Shown here: positions 5,234-12,697 of the stretch, piece by piece
How positions within the stretch are numbered: position 1 is the stretch's first letter
How the letters are laid out: every line of letters begins with the position of its first letter
Assembly (NCBI RefSeq): GCF_000017945.1
Contig: NC_009776.1
Span: 120,001-152,000, forward strand
DNA: 32,000 nucleotides
DNA from: Ignicoccus hospitalis KIN4/I
GTDB lineage: Archaea; Thermoproteota; Thermoprotei_A; Sulfolobales; Ignicoccaceae
Reading direction: 5' to 3'
Program-made: the position numbers and the translations under genes
The notes under the pieces: generated by a model
Told to the model about the DNA's origin: nothing
What the model saw: the letters and a program-made list of their open reading frames with translations, nothing else
Databases searched by the model: none

Positions 5234-6523
5234 TCACCTAGGAGTTAGGTTCGTGTAGAGCTTCAGCCCTTCGGCCGGGCTCCAGAAGCCCACGTCCTCG
5301 AATACGGGCTTGCCGTCCACCATCTTCACTGTCCAGATGCTGTAACTAGTGCTCAAGGGCTCTTGGTATATCGCGTTCATGCTCTTGTCGCCGCTGAAGC
5401 CCTTGTATATGTAGCTCATCTCTATTATGCCGTGCTCCACCAAGTTCGGGTTGTAGCTGGCTGCCCTGAGGGCGCCCAGCGTCACCAGCCACACTGCGTC
5501 GTACAGGGTGTCGCTGAACACGACCGGAGCCTTGCCGTAGACGCTCTCATAGTACTTGATGAAGTTGCCAGAGGTGTAGGGGGCGGTGCCGAGTACGTGC
5601 TTGGCAGCGAGTACCCTAGCGACCACCGGGTCCTCTATGAGCGCTGGGCCCTTTACGGCCTCAGTGAAGAACCACGGGTACCTCTGTAAGCCTAATTGCA
5701 AGGCTTGCCTTAGTATTACCTTTATCTCGTCGAAGGCGAGCCACACTATCGCTTGCGGCTTGTAGTTGTTTATGGTCCTAAGCTCGGCAAGGTAGCTCCT
5801 CGCGTTGGGGTCGTAAGGTATCAGGTAGGCCTTCCCTCCTTCGGCCTCAAAGGCCTGCTTGAAGGCCATGGCGAAGCCTTTGCCGTAGTCGTCGTTCCTG
5901 TAGAAGAACACTACCTTATTGTAGCCGAAGCTCTTAACGACCTTAGCTAGAGCCTTCGCTTGGAACAAGTCGCTGCTAACGCTGAAGAAGACGTAGCTGT
6001 AGCCCAGCTTCGCTATGTAGTCACGGTTGTTGAACCTCACTAGCGGGGAGGTGCTGGAGTGGCTCATCAGTATTACCTTGAGCTCGCCGTTGATGACGTC
6101 TTGGAGGGTACCGACGGCCGCGCTGGTGGCGGGGCCTACGACCAAACGGACGCCGTCGACGTTGACCAGCTTCCTAACCTTCTCTAAAGCCACTTGCGGG
6201 TTAGTCTGGGTGTCCTCCACTACCCACGTCACCTTGAACGGCAGCCCCAATTCCTTGAAACAGTAGTTCAAGTCCCTCGCGGCCAGCTCTACGGCGTAGC
6301 GCTCGTCGGCGAAGCTGGCGAGGGCACCGCTCATGGGTATTAGGGCACCTATCTTTATGGTGGTACCTCCTAAGCCTTCCTTCACCTTCTCTAAACCGCC
6401 GGCTCTCTCAACAGCTATCTTGAGGTAGTCGCACTTGGGCCCGCCGTAAGCTTCTTGAGGCGCGACAGCGAGGACTGCGGACGTCATTACGGCTAGTAAG
6501 AGCAGAGGAAGAAACTTCTTCAT
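5234..6523 (-). CDS. Extracellular solute-binding protein, type-1 periplasmic binding fold (Leu/Ile/Val-binding LivJ-like family), with N-terminal signal/anchor
   Basis: An N-terminal hydrophobic segment (MKKFLPLLLLAVMTSAVLAVA) is followed by IKIGALIPMSGALASF...EDTQTNPQVALEKVRKLVNVDGVRLVVGPATSAAV, the typical LivJ-family layout. The gene is convergent with the E1-like gene, with 5 nt between the stops. Confidence 0.8.
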   Translation of the reverse strand: MKKFLPLLLLAVMTSAVLAVAPQEAYGGPKCDYLKIAVERAGGLEKVKEGLGGTTIKIGALIPMSGALASFADERYAVELAARDLNYCFKELGLPFKVTWVVEDTQTNPQVALEKVRKLVNVDGVRLVVGPATSAAVGTLQDVINGELKVILMSHSSTSPLVRFNNRDYIAKLGYSYVFFSVSSDLFQAKALAKVVKSFGYNKVVFFYRNDDYGKGFAMAFKQAFEAEGGKAYLIPYDPNARSYLAELRTINNYKPQAIVWLAFDEIKVILRQALQLGLQRYPWFFTEAVKGPALIEDPVVARVLAAKHVLGTAPYTSGNFIKYYESVYGKAPVVFSDTLYDAVWLVTLGALRAASYNPNLVEHGIIEMSYIYKGFSGDKSMNAIYQEPLSTSYSIWTVKMVDGKPVFEDVGFWSPAEGLKLYTNLTPR

Positions 6524-6558
6524 GGCACAGTCTCCAAAGCCTTGGGAGTAAACCTCGG

Positions 6559-6574
6559 TTTAAAAATTTTAATT
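6559..6574 (-). promoter_or_regulatory. TATA-like box for the downstream binding-protein gene (5234-6523)
   Basis: The minus strand reads AAAATTAAAATTTTTAAA immediately after the stop of the upstream paralog. TTTTTAAA lies about 39 nt upstream of ATG 6523. Confidence 0.4.
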
Positions 6575-7870
6575 TTACTTGGGCCTGATCGGCGTAAAGA
6601 GTTCTATTCCTTTCTCGGGGTCCCAGAACCCTACTTTGACCACGGTCGGCTTGCCGTTCTCTATCTTGATAGTCCAGTAGTGGTATGAGGACCTCATAAC
6701 TTCTTGAGTCAGCGGGTTGAAGGTCTTGGGTCCGGTATAGCCCTTGAAGTACGCTCCGACCTCGATCAGCGCCTCCCTTATGGCGTCGGCGTCGTACTTC
6801 TTCGCCTTCAATACGCTGAGGGCAGACAGCCACAAGGTGTCATATATGTAGTCCGCGTACAACATTGGAGGTATGCCGAACCTCTTTTCGTACAGCTTTG
6901 CGAAGACGTCGCTGCCGCCGGGCCCGGTGCCCATGCCGTTCTTGAGGGCCACTACTTTGGCTAGGTACGGGTCGTTCAGGAGCACGCCCCTACAAGTCTC
7001 GCTGAACAACCACGGGTACCTCTGCAAACCTAGTTGCATCGCTTGCCTCAATATAACCTTCAGCTCGTCGAATGAGATGAAGAGTATCGCGTCGGGGTTG
7101 CTGTTGGCAACTACTCTCAGCTCCGCGTCGAAGGTCCTCGCGTTAGGGTCGTAGGGGACCAGTACGCATTCGCCGCCGTTTTGAGAGAAGTAATACTTGA
7201 AGGCGTTAGCCAGCCCAACGCCGTAGTCGTCTTGGCGGAACACGATAGTGACCTTCTTGTAGCCGAGCTTGGTGGCCAGTTCGGCTAACGCCTTCCCTTG
7301 GAAGTAGTCGTTGGTGATGGCCCAGAATATGTAGGACTTCCCGGTCTTGGAGATGTACTCCTTGTAGTTGGCGATCCTTAAGTTGGGCGCGGTGCTGGTA
7401 GCGGACATCACCACTACGTGTAGCTCCGAGTTGACCGGATACATCAACGACCCCATAGGTCTGCTCGTGATCCTGCCCGCAATTATTTGTACTCCTTGGA
7501 GAGCGAGCTTCCTAACGACTTCTACAGCGACTTGGGGGTCTGTGCGGGTGTCTTCCATTATGAACTTGAACCTCCACGGAAGGCCGAGCTTCTCCATACA
7601 GCCGTTGATGTCGTCGGAGGCCATCTTAATTGCATTGTAGTTAGAGACGGCGAACGAACCCAAGGCCCCGCTGAGCGGGGCGGGTGCGCCTATCGGTATC
7701 TCCTTCGGGAGGCGTATGTTGTCTACGCCGCCGGCCCATTCTATCACCTTCTTTATGCTCTCGCAGTTGGGCCCCAGTTGGTAGGGCTTGGTCAACAGGT
7801 CCATCTCTTCGGTCGAAGCTGCGATTACAAAGGCCGTCATTAATAGCGTTAACAGTAAACCCGTCCTCAC
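6575..7870 (-). CDS. Extracellular solute-binding protein, LivJ-like family; paralog of 5234-6523
   Basis: The GTG start is followed by a signal-like N-terminus, MRTGLLLTLLMTAFVIAAS. IPIGAPAPLSGALGSF...EDTRTDPQVAVEVVRKLALQGVQIIAG aligns along its whole length with the neighbouring gene product. Confidence 0.8.
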   Translation of the reverse strand: MRTGLLLTLLMTAFVIAASTEEMDLLTKPYQLGPNCESIKKVIEWAGGVDNIRLPKEIPIGAPAPLSGALGSFAVSNYNAIKMASDDINGCMEKLGLPWRFKFIMEDTRTDPQVAVEVVRKLALQGVQIIAGRITSRPMGSLMYPVNSELHVVVMSATSTAPNLRIANYKEYISKTGKSYIFWAITNDYFQGKALAELATKLGYKKVTIVFRQDDYGVGLANAFKYYFSQNGGECVLVPYDPNARTFDAELRVVANSNPDAILFISFDELKVILRQAMQLGLQRYPWLFSETCRGVLLNDPYLAKVVALKNGMGTGPGGSDVFAKLYEKRFGIPPMLYADYIYDTLWLSALSVLKAKKYDADAIREALIEVGAYFKGYTGPKTFNPLTQEVMRSSYHYWTIKIENGKPTVVKVGFWDPEKGIELFTPIRPK

Positions 7871-8021
7871 TGGTTACACCCTCACCCTTTCGCTGCACAG
7901 ACCGGGTTTTTGAGTATATGCACCCCTAACATACATAGCATTGTACATAACTGTATATGATCAATATATACGACTTCGCAAGCGCTTCGGAGCTGAGGTT
8001 GGCTGGGCGCTCGGCAGCTGG

Positions 8022-8030
8022 TTTATATAT
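8022..8030 (+). promoter_or_regulatory. Consensus-like archaeal TATA box TTTATATAT
   Basis: TTTATATA is a near-perfect archaeal TATA element, embedded in otherwise GC-rich sequence. It lies 8 nt upstream of a perfect 16-bp palindrome and about 130 nt upstream of ATG 8158. Confidence 0.4.
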
Positions 8031-8037
8031 GGCGAGC

Positions 8038-8053
8038 GGAGTAGTACTACTCC
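8038..8053. promoter_or_regulatory. Perfect 16-bp palindrome GGAGTAGTACTACTCC: candidate operator, or hairpin at a transcript 5' end
   Basis: The sequence equals its own reverse complement. Its position just downstream of the TATA-like box is where archaeal repressors commonly bind, overlapping the expected transcription start. Confidence 0.35.
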
Positions 8054-8157
8054 ATACCGGGTGCCTTAAGGTGGCGGTCGCTAGCCTCCCCGGGAGCGCG
8101 CAGACTTCCTCTACCGTTCGCTTCGCGCCCGCTCCCCCGAAAAAGAGCGTACTCATT

Positions 8158-8748
8158 ATGGGTACTTTCGAGCCTAAGTACAAGCTCATAAACTCCCTGT
8201 ATGTAGCCCTAACCAAGTTAGAGGAACTCGATATGGTGTCTTCAGCGGGGATGATAGACAACAACGTCTTCTCCGTACCCGGCGACGAAGCTCCATACGC
8301 TAAAATCATGTTTACTATAGGAAAGAAGACTAAGGAGTACTGGTTAGTAGGCGTCCCGTCCGAAATATCCACGAAAATATTGTCCAACCTTAAGGACAGT
8401 ATAAGAGCGTTTAGGGGGAGTCTCCCGAAGGAGACGATTTACGAAATAGTGGACGACCCAGAGGGCTTGGCCAAAATAATGGGGGGCGTTAAGAGAATAG
8501 TCTACGTCTTCGATCCCGAGACCCAAGCCTACGCCTCCATTGAACTGGCTAACATGCTCGCGGCTTTTGAGGGGAGGAAGGCAGAGAAGGTGGCGGTCGT
8601 TAACGTAGGAAAGGGTATGCCGGCCTTCGTTCCGAGCACCTTACAAGCCCTAGAAAGGCTCGGCTTCGTCAAGGACAGCCTCGTGCTGGAGACGCCCACC
8701 TTGAATAGCTTTGAGATGCTCAAGTTGGCCAAGTTCGTCTTTCTTTGA
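8158..8748 (+). CDS. Hypothetical protein (197 aa from ATG 8158; the ORF is open from ATG 7957)
   Basis: From MGTFEPKYKLINSLYVALTKLEELD... onward the composition is Lys/Glu/Val-rich like the other proteins here. The 67 codons upstream (7957-8157) are Ala/Ser/Gly/Leu-rich, and the opposite strand is also open across them. I therefore favour the internal start. I recognise no family. Confidence 0.5.
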   Translation: MGTFEPKYKLINSLYVALTKLEELDMVSSAGMIDNNVFSVPGDEAPYAKIMFTIGKKTKEYWLVGVPSEISTKILSNLKDSIRAFRGSLPKETIYEIVDDPEGLAKIMGGVKRIVYVFDPETQAYASIELANMLAAFEGRKAEKVAVVNVGKGMPAFVPSTLQALERLGFVKDSLVLETPTLNSFEMLKLAKFVFL

Positions 8749-9314
8749 TGGAGACCTCATTCAAAAAGCCCTCAGCCCCTTCCCTCGTGGGAGGGGTTTT
8801 GGTAGCGAAAGGCGAGGCGAAGGTATACTTGGACGGCAACGTGTTGTTGGCGGCCTCCACCCTAGAAGATAAGCTGCACGACGAAACGGTAGAGTTCTTA
8901 GACTTGGTGAAGAAGGCCGACTGGGAGCTAGTTATAGGCACCCCCATACTGCTCGAGCTGGAACAGTTGCTCTACTTGGGCGACATGGGCTGGTTCAGGC
9001 TCCGGCACGCGCTTTCGGCGCTCCCCAAGTACGAGATAAAGATAATCGAGGACGACCATAAGAAGGTGCTGGAGCTGGCGAACGAGTACTTGAACGAGAG
9101 GGTTCTGTCAGAGAAGTACTTCACCAACTTGTTAGTCATAGCGTCGGCTACGCTCGGCGACGTTGACTATTTGGTTTCGTGGGACTCTAGGAGGATGGCT
9201 AACAAGAGCGTGGTTACTGCCGTGAACAGGGTCAACTTGAACAAGAAGCTCAGGGAGATAGAGATAGTCACACCTAAAAGGCTATCCCAGATAATTAAGG
9301 AGGAGGTGTTGTGA
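8748..9314 (+). CDS. PIN-domain-like protein (possible VapC-type nuclease, divergent)
   Basis: KVYLDGNVLLAAS gives the first acidic residue in strand 1 and ILLELEQ a Glu. NLLVIASATLGDVDYLVSWDSR resembles the PIN pattern (D-xx-h-h-A-x-A ... h-h-T-x-D), with Asn in place of the usual third acidic residue. ATG 8748 overlaps the upstream TGA (TGATG). Confidence 0.5.
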   Translation: METSFKKPSAPSLVGGVLVAKGEAKVYLDGNVLLAASTLEDKLHDETVEFLDLVKKADWELVIGTPILLELEQLLYLGDMGWFRLRHALSALPKYEIKIIEDDHKKVLELANEYLNERVLSEKYFTNLLVIASATLGDVDYLVSWDSRRMANKSVVTAVNRVNLNKKLREIEIVTPKRLSQIIKEEVL

Positions 9315-9315
9315 C

Positions 9316-9516
9316 GTGGCCAAGGCAAGGGAGGAGGAGTCCCTTAGCTTCTTGCTAGACGAGAAGCTCAAGGAGTTCGTCACTAAGAACGTGCTGAAAG
9401 CTAAAATCGAAGAGTACGAGGAAGCTGTCGCCATAGCGAAGGAGGTCGTACTGCCCTTGGCAAAGGCGGTGGAGAGGAGCAAGAAGGTAGTCAGGATGCT
9501 GCTGCTTGGAGGCTGA
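9316..9516 (+). CDS. Small hypothetical protein (66 aa, predicted helical) ending in Gly-Gly
   Basis: GTG 9316 lies 1 nt after the PIN-like stop. The product MAKAREEESLSFLLDEKLKEFVTKNVLKAKIEEYEEAVAIAKEVVLPLAKAVERSKKVVRMLLLGG terminates in LLLGG followed by the stop. Coding status is uncertain. Confidence 0.35.
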   Translation: MAKAREEESLSFLLDEKLKEFVTKNVLKAKIEEYEEAVAIAKEVVLPLAKAVERSKKVVRMLLLGG

Positions 9517-9520
9517 TACT

Positions 9521-9964
9521 ATGTTCAAAAAGATACTCATGGCTCATGACTCCAGCTTGTGCGGTTGGAAGGCGTTCGAAGTGGCGCTCGACTTGGCCAA
9601 GAAGTACGGGGCGAAGCTCTACGTGGTCCACGCGGTGGACACCACGGCGATACCCGACATACCTCACAAGGACGTCCTCGTGAAGCCGCTGCTAGAAAGG
9701 GCGGAGAAACTGAAGGGTGAGGTGGAGGAGAAGCTCAAGGAAGCCGGCGTCGAAGGCGAGTTCATAGTAGTTCACGACAACCCGGTCAACGCAATAGTTA
9801 AGAAGGCGGAGGATTTGGACGTCGACCTAGTGGTCATGGGCGCTAGGGGTGCCGGACCGGTGGGCGGTTACCTCTTGGGCAGCGTGTCCACTAGAGTGCT
9901 CTTAACGTGTAACAGGAGCGTCTTGGTCGTTAAGGGAAAGGCGCCCGCGGCCAGCAAGCTCTGA
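9521..9964 (+). CDS. Universal stress protein (UspA family)
   Basis: MFKKILMAHDSS...AKLYVVHAVD...DLVVMGARGAGPVGGYLLGSVSTRVLLTCNRSVLVV carries the USP ATP-binding motif G-x2-G-x9-G-S. ATG 9521 is preferred over TTG 9506. Confidence 0.8.
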   Translation: MFKKILMAHDSSLCGWKAFEVALDLAKKYGAKLYVVHAVDTTAIPDIPHKDVLVKPLLERAEKLKGEVEEKLKEAGVEGEFIVVHDNPVNAIVKKAEDLDVDLVVMGARGAGPVGGYLLGSVSTRVLLTCNRSVLVVKGKAPAASKL

Positions 9965-9972
9965 GGAGTCGC

Positions 9973-11661
9973 TCAACCGAGCAACAACCTCTTGGAGGTA
10001 GCGTTCCTCAACACAATTTCTGCCACCTTTTCGTTGCTTACCACGAAATTGTATTTTCGTACGTCAAAAATTTCCATGGACCCTGTCCTAGCCCTCACCT
10101 TAACCGTAAGGGGGCCCGCGGGGAGCAACCCCTTCAGACGCTCTATCACTTGTTCGAGCTTTCCCCTCAAGCCCAGCTCTTCTATGGCCAGCGTCGCCCC
10201 CTCTAACGGTTCGAGCAGCTCCTTCAGCTCCTCCCCAACCGCTTCAGCTTCCTCTTGCAAGAACCACAGCTTGCCGTAGGGGGAGTAGACGTAAGCCGCT
10301 ATCCCCTCTTCGCCCATCTTCCTCAGAAGCCTCTTAACGCGAGAAAGGGGAAGCGAGGAGAGCTCGGCTATTAGGTCTTCCGGAAGCGCCCTCCCGCGAA
10401 GGACCTCGAGCACCCCGCCGACGCTCGAGACCTTTAACAGTTTCCTCAAGACCTCCGGATCCACGTTGGGGTCTACACCTACCTTCTTGGCTACTTCTAA
10501 TCCCTCTATTAACAAGTCAACGTCTATTGTATCCGGAGTTACTATGAACGTTAGGAACTTCACCTTTTTGTCGCCCTTAGGCCTAAGAAGCCTCCCTATC
10601 CTCTGTATGAGGCGCAGCGCGGAGGAAGTGTTGCTCCAAATGACGAGCAAGTCTATCTCTGGTAGATCTAACCCCTCCTCCCCAGCCGAAGTGGCGACGA
10701 TCACCTTAGCGCTTTTCAAATCTTCAAGCCTTCCCTTACTCTTGCTGGTGAGGGGGAGGGCCCCCAGCTCCTTCGCGACCGCTAGGGCTATGCTGACCCT
10801 ATCTACAAAGACTAGGGCCTTTTCGTACACGTGGTCGTCCAAGACCCTCGTGAGGGCCGGGAGCTTGTGTAACGGCGCCTCCTCATAGCACTTCTCTATT
10901 TGTTGCGAGTACTCCTTGAGGAGCCGCGCTAAGGCGCCCTCCCCCTTAGAGGACTCTCGGAGGGCCATCGGCCCGTCGCGAGCGAGGAACCTCAAGGCTA
11001 AGGATATCAGGAGTCGCGTCTTCTTGTCCGAGCTGGGCCAACGCGACTTGAGGGCCTCGTAGAGCTTCATGCAGCTCTCCGGCAAGGGGGCCTCGTAAAC
11101 CTCGCCTATGTACGGGGGCACGTACTTGCGCACTTCCTCGTCGCTCCACGGGATCTCGATTATCGGGCCTATGTACTTCTCTATAATGCTTCTCCTTTTC
11201 GGAGGTATAAAGGCGCTCAGACCCAAGCGCCACTCGGCCTTGACGGACTTGACAACCTTCACGTAAGGGTCCTTTCCGCTGGTGTGGTGGCATTCGTCGA
11301 CCACCAGTGCGTCGGAATTGGAGAGCTCCGCCAGCCACAGCTCCGCCTCCTCCGGGGTGGCGACGACCACCTCCGCCTTCACGGCCTCCAACTTTTGGGC
11401 TTTCGTCTTTTTCCCGTGTAAGGGCATAGCGTTCAAAGAGAACGCGTTTCTCAAAAGCAGCGAATTCTGTTCTACGAGTATCCTGGTGGGCTCTAGGACC
11501 AAGGCCTTGCGTATTTCGCCCCTCTCGAAGAGTTCCTTAAGCCAAGCTCCGGCCACAACGGTCTTCCCGGAACCGGTCGGCATAACGATTACACATCTTT
11601 TCATTCTCAGTGCTATGTCCAAAGCCCTCAACTGGTAGCTCCTCAGCTTCATAGTTTTCAA
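9973..11661 (-). CDS. Superfamily-2 helicase with DECH motif II (Hef/RIG-I-like branch) and a C-terminal winged-helix-like region
   Basis: Motif I is MPTGSGKT, motif II is VVDECHH, motif V is IVATSAGEEGLDLP and motif VI is QRIGRLLR. The C-terminal ~170 aa include LPEDLIAELSSLPLSRVKRLLRKMGEEGI. The ORF opens at TTG 11661, and ATG 11652 (MKLRSYQ) is an equally likely start. Confidence 0.75.
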   Translation of the reverse strand: MKTMKLRSYQLRALDIALRMKRCVIVMPTGSGKTVVAGAWLKELFERGEIRKALVLEPTRILVEQNSLLLRNAFSLNAMPLHGKKTKAQKLEAVKAEVVVATPEEAELWLAELSNSDALVVDECHHTSGKDPYVKVVKSVKAEWRLGLSAFIPPKRRSIIEKYIGPIIEIPWSDEEVRKYVPPYIGEVYEAPLPESCMKLYEALKSRWPSSDKKTRLLISLALRFLARDGPMALRESSKGEGALARLLKEYSQQIEKCYEEAPLHKLPALTRVLDDHVYEKALVFVDRVSIALAVAKELGALPLTSKSKGRLEDLKSAKVIVATSAGEEGLDLPEIDLLVIWSNTSSALRLIQRIGRLLRPKGDKKVKFLTFIVTPDTIDVDLLIEGLEVAKKVGVDPNVDPEVLRKLLKVSSVGGVLEVLRGRALPEDLIAELSSLPLSRVKRLLRKMGEEGIAAYVYSPYGKLWFLQEEAEAVGEELKELLEPLEGATLAIEELGLRGKLEQVIERLKGLLPAGPLTVKVRARTGSMEIFDVRKYNFVVSNEKVAEIVLRNATSKRLLLG

Positions 11662-11695
11662 TCCCCTCTAGTCGAGTTTAGGTGCGGTATCCACA

Positions 11696-11703
11696 CTTTT
11701 TAG
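11696..11703. promoter_or_regulatory. TATA-like box (CTTTTTAG / CTAAAAAG) in the divergent spacer between the helicase and the ABC transporter
   Basis: This is the only AT-rich element in spacer 11662-11733. It lies about 34 nt upstream of GTG 11734 and about 48 nt upstream of ATG 11652 on the other strand. Confidence 0.35.
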
Positions 11704-11733
11704 CGCCTTCCTCTCAACCGCGCGGGAGTCTCT

Positions 11734-12693
11734 GTGAGCTACGCTATAGAAGCTAGAGACCTACGGAAGAGGTACGGCGAGTTCGAGGCGGTGAGGGGAG
11801 TTTCCTTTACCGTCCGGTGGGGGGAGGTCTTCGGTTTCTTGGGTCCCAACGGCGCTGGGAAGACCACAACCATAATGATGTTAACAACGTTGGTTGAGCC
11901 TACGTCCGGCGAGGCCTACGTCGCCGGTTACCACGTTGTAAAGGAGAAGAACGAGGTGAGGAAGAACATCGGAATAGTCTTCCAAGACCCCACCTTAGAC
12001 TCTTACCTAACCGTGTATGAGAACATGTACGTCCACGGCAAGCTTTACGGGATCAAGGGGAACGTCCTTAAAGAGAGGATAAAGGAAGCCTTGACGTTTT
12101 TCGACTTGTGGGAGCACAGGAACAAGGTGGCGAGGTACCTCTCCGGGGGTATGAGGAGGAGGCTTGAACTCGCCCGGGCCATGTTACACGAGCCCAAAGT
12201 CTTGTTCTTAGACGAGCCCACGGTTGGCTTGGATCCGCAGTCGCGCAACAAGGTTTGGGAGTACATAAAGACGCTCAATAAAAAGTTGGGCGTCACAGTA
12301 TTCATGACCACGCACTACATGGACGAGGCCGACGAGATGTGCGACAGGATAGCGATAATAGACCACGGCAAGATAATAGCGGAGGGTAGCCCGGAAGAGC
12401 TCAAGAGCTCCGTCGGGGGCGCGCTAGTTATCGTAAAGACCAAGAAGGAGGCCCCTTGTCCGCAAGGCTTCGAGTGCGAGAAGAAGGGAGATAAATTGAT
12501 CATTTCGCTTAAAAACTTGGGCAAAGAACTAATTGACGTCATAGACTCGTTGAGGTCGTACGAAATAACGGAACTCGACGTGAGGAAACCCACTCTAAAC
12601 GAAGTGTTCTTGAAGCTCACTGGAAGAGAACTTAGAGATGAGGATTCAAATGATTATTTGAAACACATAATCACTAAGAGGATGTGGGGCTGA
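11734..12693 (+). CDS. ABC transporter ATP-binding protein (ABC-2 / DrrA-type exporter subfamily)
   Basis: Walker A is GPNGAGKTT, the signature is LSGGMRRRLELA, Walker B is VLFLDEPTVGLD and the H-loop is TTHYMDEA. It is followed directly by an ABC-2 permease. Confidence 0.9.
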   Translation: MSYAIEARDLRKRYGEFEAVRGVSFTVRWGEVFGFLGPNGAGKTTTIMMLTTLVEPTSGEAYVAGYHVVKEKNEVRKNIGIVFQDPTLDSYLTVYENMYVHGKLYGIKGNVLKERIKEALTFFDLWEHRNKVARYLSGGMRRRLELARAMLHEPKVLFLDEPTVGLDPQSRNKVWEYIKTLNKKLGVTVFMTTHYMDEADEMCDRIAIIDHGKIIAEGSPEELKSSVGGALVIVKTKKEAPCPQGFECEKKGDKLIISLKNLGKELIDVIDSLRSYEITELDVRKPTLNEVFLKLTGRELRDEDSNDYLKHIITKRMWG

Positions 12694-12697
12694 GAGT

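Noticed and set aside
7955-7996. Possible C/D-box sRNA (TGATCA ... CTGA)
   Set aside because: The C-box match is imperfect (TGATCA against TGATGA). There are no internal D' or C' boxes, and the ~40-nt spacing is too short for a complete archaeal C/D sRNA.
7926-8387. Minus-strand 153-aa ORF spanning the divergent spacer and the start of the plus-strand gene
   Set aside because: It has low-complexity composition and runs through AT-rich promoter-like sequence. Its 5' part lies antisense to the better-supported coding region of the plus-strand ORF 8158-8748.
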